From contig JBMFRB010000007.1 in the NCBI GenBank assembly GCA_049968255.1, positions 64,001 through 128,000 on the forward strand: DNA of 64,000 nucleotides, read 5' to 3'. Below are positions 17,809-28,413 of this stretch, piece after piece; within the stretch, counting starts at the first letter, position 1, and each line of letters opens with the position of its first letter. The DNA comes from Candidatus Sumerlaeaceae bacterium (GTDB lineage: Bacteria > Sumerlaeota > Sumerlaeia > Sumerlaeales > Sumerlaeaceae). The translations under genes were made by a program, and so were the position numbers. The notes under the pieces are model-generated. The model was not told where the DNA came from. It did no database searches and was given only the letters and a program-made list of their open reading frames with translations.

Positions 17809-18581
17809 GGATGCGTTTCTATCCAATTTTCCGCCGAGAGATCAAAAGCTATCTTACAAGTCCGACGGTCTATATTGCAGCAGGGCTTTTCCTTTTCATG
17901 AGTGGTTTGCTGTTCTACGGCATTTTGGAGAATTTCTCTCTGCTTTCGGGAGATGCTCAATACCGCCGTGAAATGGGCTTTGAAAAGCTAAACTTCACTC
18001 GCCACGTCGTGTCGAATCTTTATTGGGTCGTCAATTTTCTTCTTTTGTTTGTGGTGCCGGCTTTCACCATGCGGCTCCTCGCAGAGGAGAAAAAGACAGG
18101 GACTTTTGAGCTGCTTGTGTCGCTCCCTTTTCGCGACTGGGACATCGTGCTTGGCAAATTTTTTGCGGCTTATGCGGTGCTGGCAGGAATTCTTGGCATT
18201 TGTAGCTACTTCGTGCTCATCATGACCCGCTTTGGAACGCCGGAATTGCCGGTCATCGGGATCGCTTACCTGGGAAGCTTCATTGTGGCGGCCGCCTACG
18301 TGGCCGTTGGGTTACTAGCATCCTCGTTGACCGAAAACCAGATCGTTGCGGCGATCCTAGCTTTTGTCATCTTGCTAGGGCTTTACCTGGTTGGGGATCT
18401 AAGTACGCCAGCGGGCGCTGGCGTTGGGCGAGTGTTAGAGGCCCTGTCGCTGCGATATCATAGCGAGCAATTCACCCATGGTCTCTTGCGTGTTCAGGAC
18501 GCTGGGTACTTTCTGTTGGTCGTGGCGGTGGCGCTGTTCCTAACATGCCGAGTTTTAGAGATTCGGAGGATGCGAGCCTGA
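17805..18581 (+). CDS. ABC transporter permease, GldF-like
   Basis: TMRLLAEEKKTGTFELL, SSLTENQIVAA motifs. Confidence 0.9.
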   Translation: MRMRFYPIFRREIKSYLTSPTVYIAAGLFLFMSGLLFYGILENFSLLSGDAQYRREMGFEKLNFTRHVVSNLYWVVNFLLLFVVPAFTMRLLAEEKKTGTFELLVSLPFRDWDIVLGKFFAAYAVLAGILGICSYFVLIMTRFGTPELPVIGIAYLGSFIVAAAYVAVGLLASSLTENQIVAAILAFVILLGLYLVGDLSTPAGAGVGRVLEALSLRYHSEQFTHGLLRVQDAGYFLLVVAVALFLTCRVLEIRRMRA

Positions 18582-20185
18582 TGCGAGTTAATCCTCTGCG
18601 AATTCTGTCGTACTTGGGATTTCTGCTGCTGCTGACGGGGCTCGTGGCCACAGGGCTCCATGGTCGTTTTACGCAAGTGACCGCGGGGATCAGTCTGGGT
18701 GGATTGCTTCTTTCCTTACTTTTCTTCGCCCCACGCTCCACACGTAACCTGCGGCTCTACGCGGCTTTTTTTGCGTACTCGTTTTTTGTCATTGGCACAC
18801 TGGTTTTGCTTTTCCTGATTCTGGAGCATCATGGGTGGCAGTATGACGCAACGCGTAACAAACGTTATAGCCTGACGCCCATTACGCGGAGTTTCCTCCG
18901 TCGCCTCCCCCAACCGGTGCACATCACAGCATTTGTCGCAGAGACGGAGCGGGACCAGGCGCGCTTGCTTCTTGAGCAATATGCAACGGCAAGCCCCAAG
19001 GTTTCGTACACGATCGCAAATCCATTTCGGGAAGTGGGTCTGGCGCGGCGCTACGGCTTGCAGGTCATGCCGGGCGACATCTTTATAGAAACGGTTACGA
19101 CTTCCACGCAGACGTCGAGCCGAATCGCACGCGTCAACCGGCTGCGCGAGGAGGATATCACGAATGGCATCGTGCAGGCGCTTCGCGATCGTGATTTGGT
19201 CCTCTATTTCCTGATTGGTCATGACGAGCTACCACTGGAGCGCAGTACTGCTGTGGCGGCTCTTGCAGGGCAACGCGTGTCGGTACGCGATTTGGCTTGG
19301 GTGCGGGATCAGTTGGAGCGCATGGGGATGCGAGTTGTTCCGCTGTTGCTAGCGCAACGGGGCAAAGTGCCCGCTGATGCAAGCGCCATTGTGTGGGTTG
19401 GTCCGCGCGCTGACCTCTCGGGCCTGGAGGCGCAGGTGCTCCGCCAATACCTCGAAAACGGCGGGCGTGCGCTATTGCTGCTGCCACCGGATATTCCTCA
19501 AGCGACCGGTGAGATTTCCATGGTGTTTCGCAACACGGCCGAGCTCTTGATGCGGTTTGGAATTGTGCTGCCGAATGAACTGGTCACGCGTGTGGCGTCG
19601 AATCAGAGCAATGCGGATCATTTCAGCATCCCAGTAGCTTTGCTTTCGCATCCCATCACACAAATTTCGGTGGATGATCCGTTGTTCTTTGTGTACGCGC
19701 GGCCAGTGCAACCGGCAACTGTCTTGCCGGCGGATACGCGGGTGGACGTGCTGGCCCAGAGTTCGCCGGACTGCGTGAGACTAAGTAGCGGCGAAATCGC
19801 GACAGCGTTGGTGCGCCGGCAGGATCTCTCGAAAGTTTTGTCACCCCAGGAAATTGGCACTATACCTCTGGGTGTGGCTGCTGCGCGCCTCGACCCTCGC
19901 CAAGCCGAAGAGAAGGCAACGCGCCTCGTGGTTTTCGGCAATGCGGATTTCGTGTCGAGCGAGCGAATCAACCAGAAAGCGTGGCTTCTTTTCAGTAATG
20001 CGATCAATTGGCTGGTGCAAAAGGGCGAGTTGTTGCCGATTCCTTCGACTGATATTGAAAACACGCCCGTGGTGCTAACAGATGGCGAGAAGCAGTTCCT
20101 TTTCCTGGTGATGGTGATCCTCGTTCCAACAATCGTGGGGCTACTTGGGCTAGGCTACAGTTTGGCAAGACGGGAGCAGCAATGA
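18581..20185 (+). CDS. GldG-like ABC transporter auxiliary protein
   Basis: DATRNKRYSLT, YFLIGHDE, YLENGGRALLLL, RLVVFGNADF; N- and C-terminal TM segments. Confidence 0.85.
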   Translation: MRVNPLRILSYLGFLLLLTGLVATGLHGRFTQVTAGISLGGLLLSLLFFAPRSTRNLRLYAAFFAYSFFVIGTLVLLFLILEHHGWQYDATRNKRYSLTPITRSFLRRLPQPVHITAFVAETERDQARLLLEQYATASPKVSYTIANPFREVGLARRYGLQVMPGDIFIETVTTSTQTSSRIARVNRLREEDITNGIVQALRDRDLVLYFLIGHDELPLERSTAVAALAGQRVSVRDLAWVRDQLERMGMRVVPLLLAQRGKVPADASAIVWVGPRADLSGLEAQVLRQYLENGGRALLLLPPDIPQATGEISMVFRNTAELLMRFGIVLPNELVTRVASNQSNADHFSIPVALLSHPITQISVDDPLFFVYARPVQPATVLPADTRVDVLAQSSPDCVRLSSGEIATALVRRQDLSKVLSPQEIGTIPLGVAAARLDPRQAEEKATRLVVFGNADFVSSERINQKAWLLFSNAINWLVQKGELLPIPSTDIENTPVVLTDGEKQFLFLVMVILVPTIVGLLGLGYSLARREQQ

Positions 20186-21954
20186 GCTGGAAAAGGCTGA
20201 TCTTTGCAGCGGTTGCATTTGTTCTGGCCGTAGGCTTATACCTGGTGGACCGCATGCAGGCCGAGAAAGCGGTCTACGCGGCGGTAAACGAATCGTCGCT
20301 GGCCCCGGGCATCAATGCGAGTGAGGTGCAGGAGATCGAGCTGCGCAATCGCTTTGGCACAATTCGGCTGGTGCGTGAGGGCAAGCAGTGGCGCATGCGT
20401 CAGCCCATTGATGCGCCAGCCGATCCGGAGGCCATTGAGCAATTGCTCGTCAACGTGACCGGTGCGCGCAAACGCAACGAACTTGAGGTGACTTCTTTGG
20501 AGGAGTACGGTTTTGACAATCCAACGGTTCAGCTTGTCCTAAAAACGACAAAAGGCCAGACGTTCGAATTGGCAGTAGGTCTCGCTTCCACCTACACGGG
20601 TCAGGTCTTTGCGAACTATCCCGGCTCGAAGCGTGTCTTTACAATCAGTGAGGCGATAAAAAACACGCTGATGCGCCAGCCCACCGATTTCCAAAGGACG
20701 CGGCTTCTTGATATAGACGCTGGCGCACTTGATAGTTACACAGCTATCAAGATAACGAGACCGGACAAGCCGCTAGAGCTCAGGAATGAGCGGGGACAGT
20801 GGCAAATCGCTATGCCGGAGACAGCTCCCGCAGAAAACACTGTGGTGGAGGAATTTCTTCGACGCATTGGCATGCTGCGCGCTGCGGGATTTGTGACACA
20901 GGCGTCGGATCAACCCACGAGTGTGGCTGCTGCGCTTGATGCGCTTACCCGGCCGGTCATGACGTTTGAGCTTCAACGCGCTGCTGGACCATCACAGAAA
21001 CTTATCGTGGGAAAATTGGGCCAGGCTCAGCAGCCGCTCTACGTTGCCAAACGCAATGACGATCCGGAGATTCTCTACTTTGGCCACGAGAAATATGAAG
21101 AGCTCGACGTGGACGAGAATTATTTCCGCTCGCGCCAACTTTTCACATTGCGGCCGACCGACGTCGGGTATGTGGTTTTCGAGATTGGCCGTGCGCGAAC
21201 AGATCTGCGGCGCAACGAGCGCAATGAATGGGAATTTGTGGGCGATCCGACCCGCCGTGTGGATCAAGACAAGGTGAATTTGCGGTTGGAAGCTTTGCTG
21301 AAGATGCGCGTGCGGGAGTATGTGGACAGCGACCCGCGTGATCCATCGGTCTACGGACTCGTGCCGCCGCGATTCCGATTTACCGTCACTGCGCGTGACA
21401 AGTCAAAAAGTGAAATCCTGGAAATAGGCAAGAGCGAGCCGCAGAACGTGACAAGCGTCTACGCGCGCCGCGGGGGACAGCCCATGGTGTTTACTGTCGA
21501 AATGGGACGGGAGCTCATTGTGCTACCGGAGAGTCTGGCTGATCCGCATTTCGCTGCTTTCGACGAAGCGCGTGCCACACGCATCGAGATCGAGCTTGAC
21601 GGACAGAAGTATGATCTACGGCGGGAAGGCATGGAGTGGAAGTTATTGCGCCCCGGGCAGACGCTCTACGCGCCTGCAGATATGAGCAAACTCAAGCGTG
21701 TGTTTGAGACAGTGAACAAGCTTGGCTTCGAGAAAGACTTTACGGCGAGCGGTGAGACGGTTATTGCCCCAGTGGAGCAACCAGCTTTGCGCATGACCGT
21801 TTTCGGCGATGGCGAAACCCCCTTGAGTGTTGTCGAAGTAGGAAAGCGTCTTCCGAAGACGTCGTTTGTAAAGGATGCACGCGGGCGCACTTACGAAGTC
21901 TTGAACTCCGAGCTCGATCTGCTGATGGCGCAGTTGCGCTCTCTTTTGGAATAA
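20182..21954 (+). CDS. DUF4340-like membrane-anchored protein (about three tandem domains)
   Basis: Recurring units such as WRMRQPIDAPAD, EEYGFDNP, SVYGLVPP; sits downstream of GldG. Confidence 0.8.
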   Translation: MSWKRLIFAAVAFVLAVGLYLVDRMQAEKAVYAAVNESSLAPGINASEVQEIELRNRFGTIRLVREGKQWRMRQPIDAPADPEAIEQLLVNVTGARKRNELEVTSLEEYGFDNPTVQLVLKTTKGQTFELAVGLASTYTGQVFANYPGSKRVFTISEAIKNTLMRQPTDFQRTRLLDIDAGALDSYTAIKITRPDKPLELRNERGQWQIAMPETAPAENTVVEEFLRRIGMLRAAGFVTQASDQPTSVAAALDALTRPVMTFELQRAAGPSQKLIVGKLGQAQQPLYVAKRNDDPEILYFGHEKYEELDVDENYFRSRQLFTLRPTDVGYVVFEIGRARTDLRRNERNEWEFVGDPTRRVDQDKVNLRLEALLKMRVREYVDSDPRDPSVYGLVPPRFRFTVTARDKSKSEILEIGKSEPQNVTSVYARRGGQPMVFTVEMGRELIVLPESLADPHFAAFDEARATRIEIELDGQKYDLRREGMEWKLLRPGQTLYAPADMSKLKRVFETVNKLGFEKDFTASGETVIAPVEQPALRMTVFGDGETPLSVVEVGKRLPKTSFVKDARGRTYEVLNSELDLLMAQLRSLLE

Positions 21955-21984
21955 AGGCCGCAGCATGGTGCGCGAGGGTTGTTT

Positions 21985-22053
21985 TTTCTCGCCCCGTCGG
22001 GGAGAAAGAGTCGAGGGGGCGATGCCGCCGACGCACAGCGTCGCCCCCTTCGA
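21985..22053. terminator. Tandem hairpins between convergent DUF4340 gene and gltA (probable terminator)
   Basis: TTTCTCGCCCC-GTC-GGGGAGAAA and TCGAGGGGGCGATGC...GCGTCGCCCCCTTCGA inverted repeats. Confidence 0.5.
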
Positions 22054-22083
22054 TGCCAAAAGTTGTCTTGCCATCCTGGGAAG

Positions 22084-23370
22084 TTAGCGCTGATCCATGG
22101 ACACGTAATCTCGCTTGCTGGGCCCGATATAAATCTGACGCGGGCGTGCAATACGCGCGGTGGGATCGTCATGCTGCTCTTTCCACTGAGCGATCCAGCC
22201 TGGAAGGCGCCCAATTGCGAACATCACAGTGAACATGTTGATGGGAATGCGCAAAGCCCGCATAATGATGCCGCTGTAGAAGTCCACGTTGGGGTAGAGT
22301 TTGCGCTCGACGAAGTAGGGATCATTCAATGCCAACTCTTCGAGTTTTCGCGCGATATCGAGCAGAGGATCCTTGACCCCGAGCTTCGCGAGAACTTTAT
22401 CGCACTGATCTTTGAGGATGCGGGCACGTGGGTCAAAATTTTTGTAGACACGATGGCCAAAGCCCATGAGGCGGAAGCCACTGTCCTTGTCCTTAGCCAT
22501 TTTCAAGCACTGCTCGGGAGTAAGGCCGCCCTTATGCATGGCTTCGAGCATTTCGATCACAGCCACGTTGGCACCGCCGTGGAGTGGTCCCCAAAGCGCG
22601 CATACGCCGGCCGCGCAAGATGCGAAGAGATTTGCGCGGCTTGAACCGACCATGCGGACTGTGGATGTGCTGCAGTTTTGCTCGTGGTCGGCATGAAGAA
22701 TGAGAACGAGATTCAACGCGTCCTCGACCTCTTCAGGAACCTCGTACTCGGCATAGGGCATGGAGAACATCATGTGAAGAAAGTTCGCGCAGTAGCGACG
22801 CTTGGGATCGGGATACATGAAGGGAAGTCCACGGGAACGCCGGTAGGAATAAGCTGCAATGGTGCGAACCTTACTGATGAGTTTTGCCGCAGCCTGCTCG
22901 AATGCTTCGTCGTCCTCAAATTTGGAGAACTGAGGCTCGAAGCACGAGAGCGTATTGATCATAGCCGACAGGATTGCCATCGGTGGGGCATCGACAGGAA
23001 AGCCTTCGAAATGGTGCTTCATAGCCTCATGCAGCGGGGCATACTCTGTAAGCAAAGCACTGAAACGCTCGAGCTCGTCTTGCCTAGGAAATCGGCCGAA
23101 AATCAGCAGCCATGCGACTTCGATGAAGTTGGGGTAATCCACGAATTGTTCAATGGGCACGCCTCGATAGCGGAGAATTCCTTTTTCTCCGTCGATGAAC
23201 GTGATGGCACTCTTGCAGCTGCCAGTGTTGCCATAGCCTGGGTCATAGGTGATGTAGCCGGTCTTGCTGCGAAGGTTCGTGATGTCTATGGCTTTCTCAC
23301 CCTCGGTCCCCAAGATGACGGGGAGTTCAATAGTCTGATCGCCGAGGATTAGTTTCGCCGTTTCTGTCAT
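22084..23370 (-). CDS. gltA: Citrate synthase (type II)
   Basis: LHADHEQNCST, GPLHGGAN, GFGHRVYKNFDPR, YPNVDFYSG. Confidence 0.97.
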   Translation of the reverse strand: MTETAKLILGDQTIELPVILGTEGEKAIDITNLRSKTGYITYDPGYGNTGSCKSAITFIDGEKGILRYRGVPIEQFVDYPNFIEVAWLLIFGRFPRQDELERFSALLTEYAPLHEAMKHHFEGFPVDAPPMAILSAMINTLSCFEPQFSKFEDDEAFEQAAAKLISKVRTIAAYSYRRSRGLPFMYPDPKRRYCANFLHMMFSMPYAEYEVPEEVEDALNLVLILHADHEQNCSTSTVRMVGSSRANLFASCAAGVCALWGPLHGGANVAVIEMLEAMHKGGLTPEQCLKMAKDKDSGFRLMGFGHRVYKNFDPRARILKDQCDKVLAKLGVKDPLLDIARKLEELALNDPYFVERKLYPNVDFYSGIIMRALRIPINMFTVMFAIGRLPGWIAQWKEQHDDPTARIARPRQIYIGPSKRDYVSMDQR

Positions 23371-23684
23371 TGCTGAACGACTCCTTGTTCGTTTCGTTAG
23401 GACTCCTTTATTTTAGAGCAGTACCAATTCCGTACACAAAAAAATGTAAGGGTCAATGCCAAAATAGGTTCCAAGATATGTCAAGGATGGTAAGCCCCAA
23501 AATAGTACTGGAACAGCCATATTTTTTTTTGCTTGCGGCCCCTACGTAAGCCCATCGCAATCCCTGCTGGGAAACTGAAATCCCAAGAGCAGGTAATAGC
23601 CGGCTTGGCTTTGGCTTCGAAAAGTCTGGCCTGCGCTTTTTCGTGGTACGTATAGGAACTCAACATAATGAAAGGAGCAACCGC

Positions 23685-26600
23685 ATGGCTGATCAGATGA
23701 TGATCACTGTGGACGGCAACGAGGCAGCAGCAAGTGTCGCTTACCGTCTGAACGAAGTGATCGCGATCTATCCCATTACTCCCTCTTCGCCGATGGGCGA
23801 GCTGTCGGACGAGTGGGCTGTGAAGGGTAAGAAAAACCTGTGGGGAACGGTGCCGCAGGTCACGGAGATGCAATCGGAGGGCGGAGCTGCTGGCGCGGTT
23901 CACGGCGCTCTCCAAGCGGGAGCACTGACCACGACGTTCACAGCATCGCAGGGTCTGCTTCTGATGATCCCTAATATGTACAAGATCGCTGGTGAACTAA
24001 CCTCGATGTGTATGCACGTGACGGCGCGGACGGTGGCGACCCATGCCCTGTCGATTTTCGGCGATCATTCGGATGTGATGGCGTGTCGGCAGACAGGATT
24101 TGCGCTGCTCGCTTCAGGAAGCGTGCAAGAGGCTCACGATTTTGCATGCATTGGCCAGGTTGCCGCTCTGCGGTCGAGAGTTCCCTTTCTTCATTTCTTT
24201 GACGGATTTCGCACCTCGCACGAAGTTGCAAAAATTTGCTATTTGAGTGATGACGAGCTGCGCCAAATGGTGCCCGAGGAACTGGTGGCGGCCCACCGCG
24301 CTCGGGCGCTCAATCCAGAGAAACCGGTCCTTCGCGGCACGGCGCAAAATCCCGACGCATTTTTCCAAGCGCGCGAAGCATGCAATCCTTACTACGTGGC
24401 ATGCCCTGAGCACGTGAAGGATGTCATGGAACAGTTCGCCAAGATAACCGGACGTGCTTATAGGCTTTTCGACTATGTGGGCGACGCCGAGGCTGAGCGA
24501 GTAGTGGTGCTCATGGGTTCTGGTGCCGAGACTGCTCACGAGACGGTCGAGTGGCTGATGAACAAGGGCGAGAAAGTTGGCGTTGTGAAGGTGCGCCTCT
24601 ACCGTCCTTTTGATGTGAAATCGTTTATCCAAGCGCTGCCCAAGACCACACAGGCCATCGCGGTGCTCGACCGCACGAAGGAGCCGGGAGCCGTCGGTGA
24701 GCCGCTTTACCTGGACGTGGTGGCGGCGCTTGACGAGGCACAAGCGCTGGGCATTTCGCAGTTTGCGCACCAGCCAAAAGTCATCGGCGGGCGTTACGGG
24801 CTATCGTCGAAAGAGTTTACACCGGCGATGGTCAAGGCGGTGTTCGACGAATTAGCCAAGCAGCAACCCAAGCGGCACTTTACGGTGGGGATCATGGACG
24901 ATGTGACCCACCTCTCCCTTGCCTATGATCAAGAGCTCGACATTGAGCCTGAGGATGTCCAGCGGTCGGTTTTCTTTGGTTTAGGGTCGGACGGGACGGT
25001 TGGTGCGAACAAGAACACGATCAAAATCATCGGCGAAGAAACGAACAACTGGGCGCAAGGCTATTTTGTGTACGACTCAAAGAAGGCAGGGGCCGTCACG
25101 ATTTCCCATTTGCGGTTTGGTCCGCGAGTGATCCGCTCGGCCTATTTGGTGAAACAGGCGCAGTTTGTGGGGTGCCATCAGTACAATTTCCTCGAGAAAT
25201 ACGATGTGCTCGAGTATGCCGCGCCAGGTGCGGTGTTCCTGCTGAATTCGCCGCTAGGGCCCGACAAGGTCTGGGACGACCTGCCGCGAGAAGTCCAAGA
25301 GCAGATTATCGACAGGAAGATTCGCTTTTACGTGATCGATGCGTACGATGTGGCTGCGAAGACAGGCATGGGGCGACGCATCAACACGATCATGCAAACG
25401 TGTTTTTTCGCGATTTCGGGTGTGCTTCCCCGTGAGGAAGCCATTGCCCAGATCAAGAAGGCGATTGAGAAGACTTACGGCAAGAAGGGCCCCGAGGTTG
25501 TGAAGAAGAATTTCGAGGCCGTGGATCAGACGCTGGCCAACCTCTTCGAGGTGAAGGTGCCGGCTCAGGCCACGTCGCAGAAGCGTCGGCCGCCGATCGT
25601 GCCGGACGAGGCACCCGATTTCGTGAAGCGAGTGACGGCGGTAATGCTCGCAGGCAAGGGCGACCTGCTGCCGGTGAGTGCATTCCCCGTGGATGGAACA
25701 TGGCCTACAGGAACGGCAAAGTGGGAGAAGCGGGCCATTGCGCTGCAAATCCCCGTGTGGGATCCAAAAATCTGCATCCAGTGCAACAAATGTGCGCTTG
25801 TGTGTCCTCATGCAGCAATTCGCCCGAAAATCTATGAACCGTCGTACCTTGAGAAAGCACCGGCGACATTCAAAAGCACGGACTTCCGTTCTCCGGATAT
25901 GAAGGGCTTAAAGTACACAATTCAGGTCGCTCCGGAGGACTGCACTGGTTGCGAAGTGTGTGTGGCCGTTTGTCCGGCAAAGGACAAGTCGAATCCGAAA
26001 CACAAAGCGCTGGACATGGCACCTATGCCGCCGCTGCGAGAGGCGGAGCGGGAAAATTTCCGGTTCTTCCTCGATCTGCCGGAATTTGACCGTACGAAGC
26101 TCGAAATCACAGTGAAGGGCACGCAATTTTTCGAGCCGCTCTTTGAGTTTTCGGGTGCTTGTGCTGGCTGCGGAGAGACGCCGTACGTTAAGCTTCTGAC
26201 TCAGATGTTCGGTGATCGAGCATTGATCGCAAATGCCACGGGGTGTTCGTCGATTTACGGTGGCAACTTGCCGACGACGCCTTATACGACGAACAAAGAC
26301 GGGCGCGGTCCGGCATGGAATAACTCGCTGTTCGAGGACAATGCTGAGTTTGGCTTCGGTTTCCGCCTCGCGATTGACAAGCAGAAAGAGTTCGCTGAGG
26401 AGCTCCTGAGGAAGCTTGCTAGCCAGATCGGCGAACAGCTCGTTGAGGAAATTCTGAAAGCAGACCAATCGACGGAGGCTGGAATTCAGGCACAACGCGA
26501 GCGGGTAAAAGTCCTGCGCGCAAAGCTTGGTCAGCTCGATACGCTGGATGCACAGCGCCTCGCGTTGCTGGCCGATTACCTCGTCAAAAAGAGCGTCTGG

Positions 26601-27260
26601 ATCGTGGGCGGCGACGGCTGGGCCTACGACATTGACTTCGGGGGACTGGATCACGTCTTTGCCTTGAACCGTGACGTGAACATTCTTGTGCTCGACACCG
26701 AAGTTTACTCAAATACCGGCGGACAGCAATCGAAAGCCACTCCCCTGGGTGCAGCAGCGAAGTTTGCCATGGGGGGACGCCCATTGCCCAAGAAAGATTT
26801 AGCACTTATGGCCATGAACTATGGTCATGTTTATGTGGCACGCGTGGCGTTCGGGGCACGTGATAACCAGACCGTTCTCGCTTTCAAGGAAGCCGAATCG
26901 TATCCGGGAACGTCGCTGATTATAGCGTATTCGCACTGCATCGCGCACGGCTATGATCTCGTGCACGGGCCGGATCAGCAGAAACTTGCCGTGGAAAGCG
27001 GCTACTGGCCTCTCTTCCGGTTTGATCCTCGTCGCGCGGCAGCTGGAGAATCTCCTCTGAAACTCGATTCGCCAGCACCGAAATTTGACGTGGGTGAATT
27101 CATGCGCAACGAGACTCGTTTCCGGATGGTGGAGCAAATGAATCCGGAGCGCTTCAAGCAGTTGGTTGAGGCAGCTCGTCACGAGGTGAGCACGCGGTAT
27201 CACCTCTATGAGGAGCTGACGAAGGCCTTCGCGATTGACGGAACCAAGAAAGAGAATTGA
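23685..27260 (+). CDS. nifJ: Pyruvate:ferredoxin/flavodoxin oxidoreductase
   Basis: YPITPSS, MQSEGGAAG, two 4Fe-4S motifs (CIQCNKCALVCP, CTGCEVCVAVCP), GACAGCGE, GGDGWAYDI; SD AAAGGAG. Confidence 0.97.
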   Translation: MADQMMITVDGNEAAASVAYRLNEVIAIYPITPSSPMGELSDEWAVKGKKNLWGTVPQVTEMQSEGGAAGAVHGALQAGALTTTFTASQGLLLMIPNMYKIAGELTSMCMHVTARTVATHALSIFGDHSDVMACRQTGFALLASGSVQEAHDFACIGQVAALRSRVPFLHFFDGFRTSHEVAKICYLSDDELRQMVPEELVAAHRARALNPEKPVLRGTAQNPDAFFQAREACNPYYVACPEHVKDVMEQFAKITGRAYRLFDYVGDAEAERVVVLMGSGAETAHETVEWLMNKGEKVGVVKVRLYRPFDVKSFIQALPKTTQAIAVLDRTKEPGAVGEPLYLDVVAALDEAQALGISQFAHQPKVIGGRYGLSSKEFTPAMVKAVFDELAKQQPKRHFTVGIMDDVTHLSLAYDQELDIEPEDVQRSVFFGLGSDGTVGANKNTIKIIGEETNNWAQGYFVYDSKKAGAVTISHLRFGPRVIRSAYLVKQAQFVGCHQYNFLEKYDVLEYAAPGAVFLLNSPLGPDKVWDDLPREVQEQIIDRKIRFYVIDAYDVAAKTGMGRRINTIMQTCFFAISGVLPREEAIAQIKKAIEKTYGKKGPEVVKKNFEAVDQTLANLFEVKVPAQATSQKRRPPIVPDEAPDFVKRVTAVMLAGKGDLLPVSAFPVDGTWPTGTAKWEKRAIALQIPVWDPKICIQCNKCALVCPHAAIRPKIYEPSYLEKAPATFKSTDFRSPDMKGLKYTIQVAPEDCTGCEVCVAVCPAKDKSNPKHKALDMAPMPPLREAERENFRFFLDLPEFDRTKLEITVKGTQFFEPLFEFSGACAGCGETPYVKLLTQMFGDRALIANATGCSSIYGGNLPTTPYTTNKDGRGPAWNNSLFEDNAEFGFGFRLAIDKQKEFAEELLRKLASQIGEQLVEEILKADQSTEAGIQAQRERVKVLRAKLGQLDTLDAQRLALLADYLVKKSVWIVGGDGWAYDIDFGGLDHVFALNRDVNILVLDTEVYSNTGGQQSKATPLGAAAKFAMGGRPLPKKDLALMAMNYGHVYVARVAFGARDNQTVLAFKEAESYPGTSLIIAYSHCIAHGYDLVHGPDQQKLAVESGYWPLFRFDPRRAAAGESPLKLDSPAPKFDVGEFMRNETRFRMVEQMNPERFKQLVEAARHEVSTRYHLYEELTKAFAIDGTKKEN

Positions 27261-27271
27261 GGGATCGGACT

Positions 27272-28264
27272 ATGGACTTATCAACGACCTACCTCGGACT
27301 GAAATTGGCGCATCCGTTCATGCCGGGCGCTTCGCCTCTCGTGGATAACTTGGGCTTGGTCAAGCGGTTAGAAGACGCTGGTGCTTCGGCCATTGTGATG
27401 CACTCGGTCTTCGAAGAGCAGATTCTGCGCGAGGGCATGAGTACCCTCGAGGCGATTGAAGGCACTGCTGAATCCTACGCGGAAGCGCTCAGCTATTTCC
27501 CAAAAGCCGAAGAGTTCCGGCTCGGACCGGACCAATACCTCGAACAGATCCGCAAGATCAAAGAGTGTGTGAGCGTGCCGGTCATTGCTTCGCTCAATGG
27601 TTCGACCCCTAGTGGCTGGATTGAATACTCGAAGCTGATTGAGCAAGCAGGAGCGGACGCACTCGAATTGAACGTCTACATCCTCGCCACGAATCCATGG
27701 GAAACGGGCGAAACGATCGAAACGCGCGTGCTGGATATTGCTCGCGCCGTCAAACGCTCGGTGAAAATTCCCGTGGCCGTGAAACTTTCTATGTTTTATT
27801 CCTCGCTGGCGAATTTTGCCAAGCGATTGGACGAGATCGGGGCCGAGGGCCTGGTGCTTTTCAACCGCTTCTATCAGCCCGACATTGACGTCGAGAATCT
27901 TGAAGTCGTTCCCACGCTGCACTTAAGCAACTCGTCAGAATTGCTGCTGCGGCTTCGCTGGCTGGCCATCCTCTACGGGAATGTGAAGGCGTCGCTTGCA
28001 GTGTCGGGTGGCGTACACACGGTGACAGATGCCATAAAGGCATTGATGACGGGCGCACAGGCCGTGCAAATGGTCTCGGCACTCTTATGCAATGGGCCAG
28101 AGTACCTCGCGAAAATTCGCGAGGGCTTTGTGGCGTGGATGCAAGAGCACGAGTACGAATCCGTCGCCCAGATGATAGGAAGCATGAGCTTGCAAAAGTG
28201 CGCTGACCCGGCGGCATTTGAGCGGGCTAATTACATGCGAGTCCTGCAGAGTTACAAACTGTAG
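27272..28264 (+). CDS. Dihydroorotate dehydrogenase-like FMN protein (nifJ-associated family)
   Basis: MDLSTTYLGLKL, IASLNG, LELNVY, LFNRFYQPDID, SGGVH, FERANY. Confidence 0.92.
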   Translation: MDLSTTYLGLKLAHPFMPGASPLVDNLGLVKRLEDAGASAIVMHSVFEEQILREGMSTLEAIEGTAESYAEALSYFPKAEEFRLGPDQYLEQIRKIKECVSVPVIASLNGSTPSGWIEYSKLIEQAGADALELNVYILATNPWETGETIETRVLDIARAVKRSVKIPVAVKLSMFYSSLANFAKRLDEIGAEGLVLFNRFYQPDIDVENLEVVPTLHLSNSSELLLRLRWLAILYGNVKASLAVSGGVHTVTDAIKALMTGAQAVQMVSALLCNGPEYLAKIREGFVAWMQEHEYESVAQMIGSMSLQKCADPAAFERANYMRVLQSYKL

Positions 28265-28288
28265 GCATTGCCTTAAACTGTTGAACCT

Positions 28289-28327
28289 TGGTGCGCCGGT
28301 TCTTGGCCGGCGCACCATCGTTTTTTT
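28289..28327 (+). terminator. Rho-independent terminator
   Basis: TGGTGCGCCGG-TTCTTGG-CCGGCGCACCA stem then a T7 tract. Confidence 0.8.
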
Positions 28328-28413
28328 GAAGGAGGAACTTGTGCACGCCGAACGTTTCGGATTGCTCAGCGTATAAAAAACCAACGCAGGGAAAACCACC
28401 AGGAGGTCACATC

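Noticed and set aside
16774-21954. Evidence of gliding motility
   Set aside because: GldAFG-like ABC cassettes occur widely in non-gliding bacteria, and no gldJ-N or type IX secretion genes are in the window.
23371-23684. Rex or FNR site in the gltA-nifJ divergent region
   Set aside because: AT-rich patches are present, but I found no convincing match to either palindrome.
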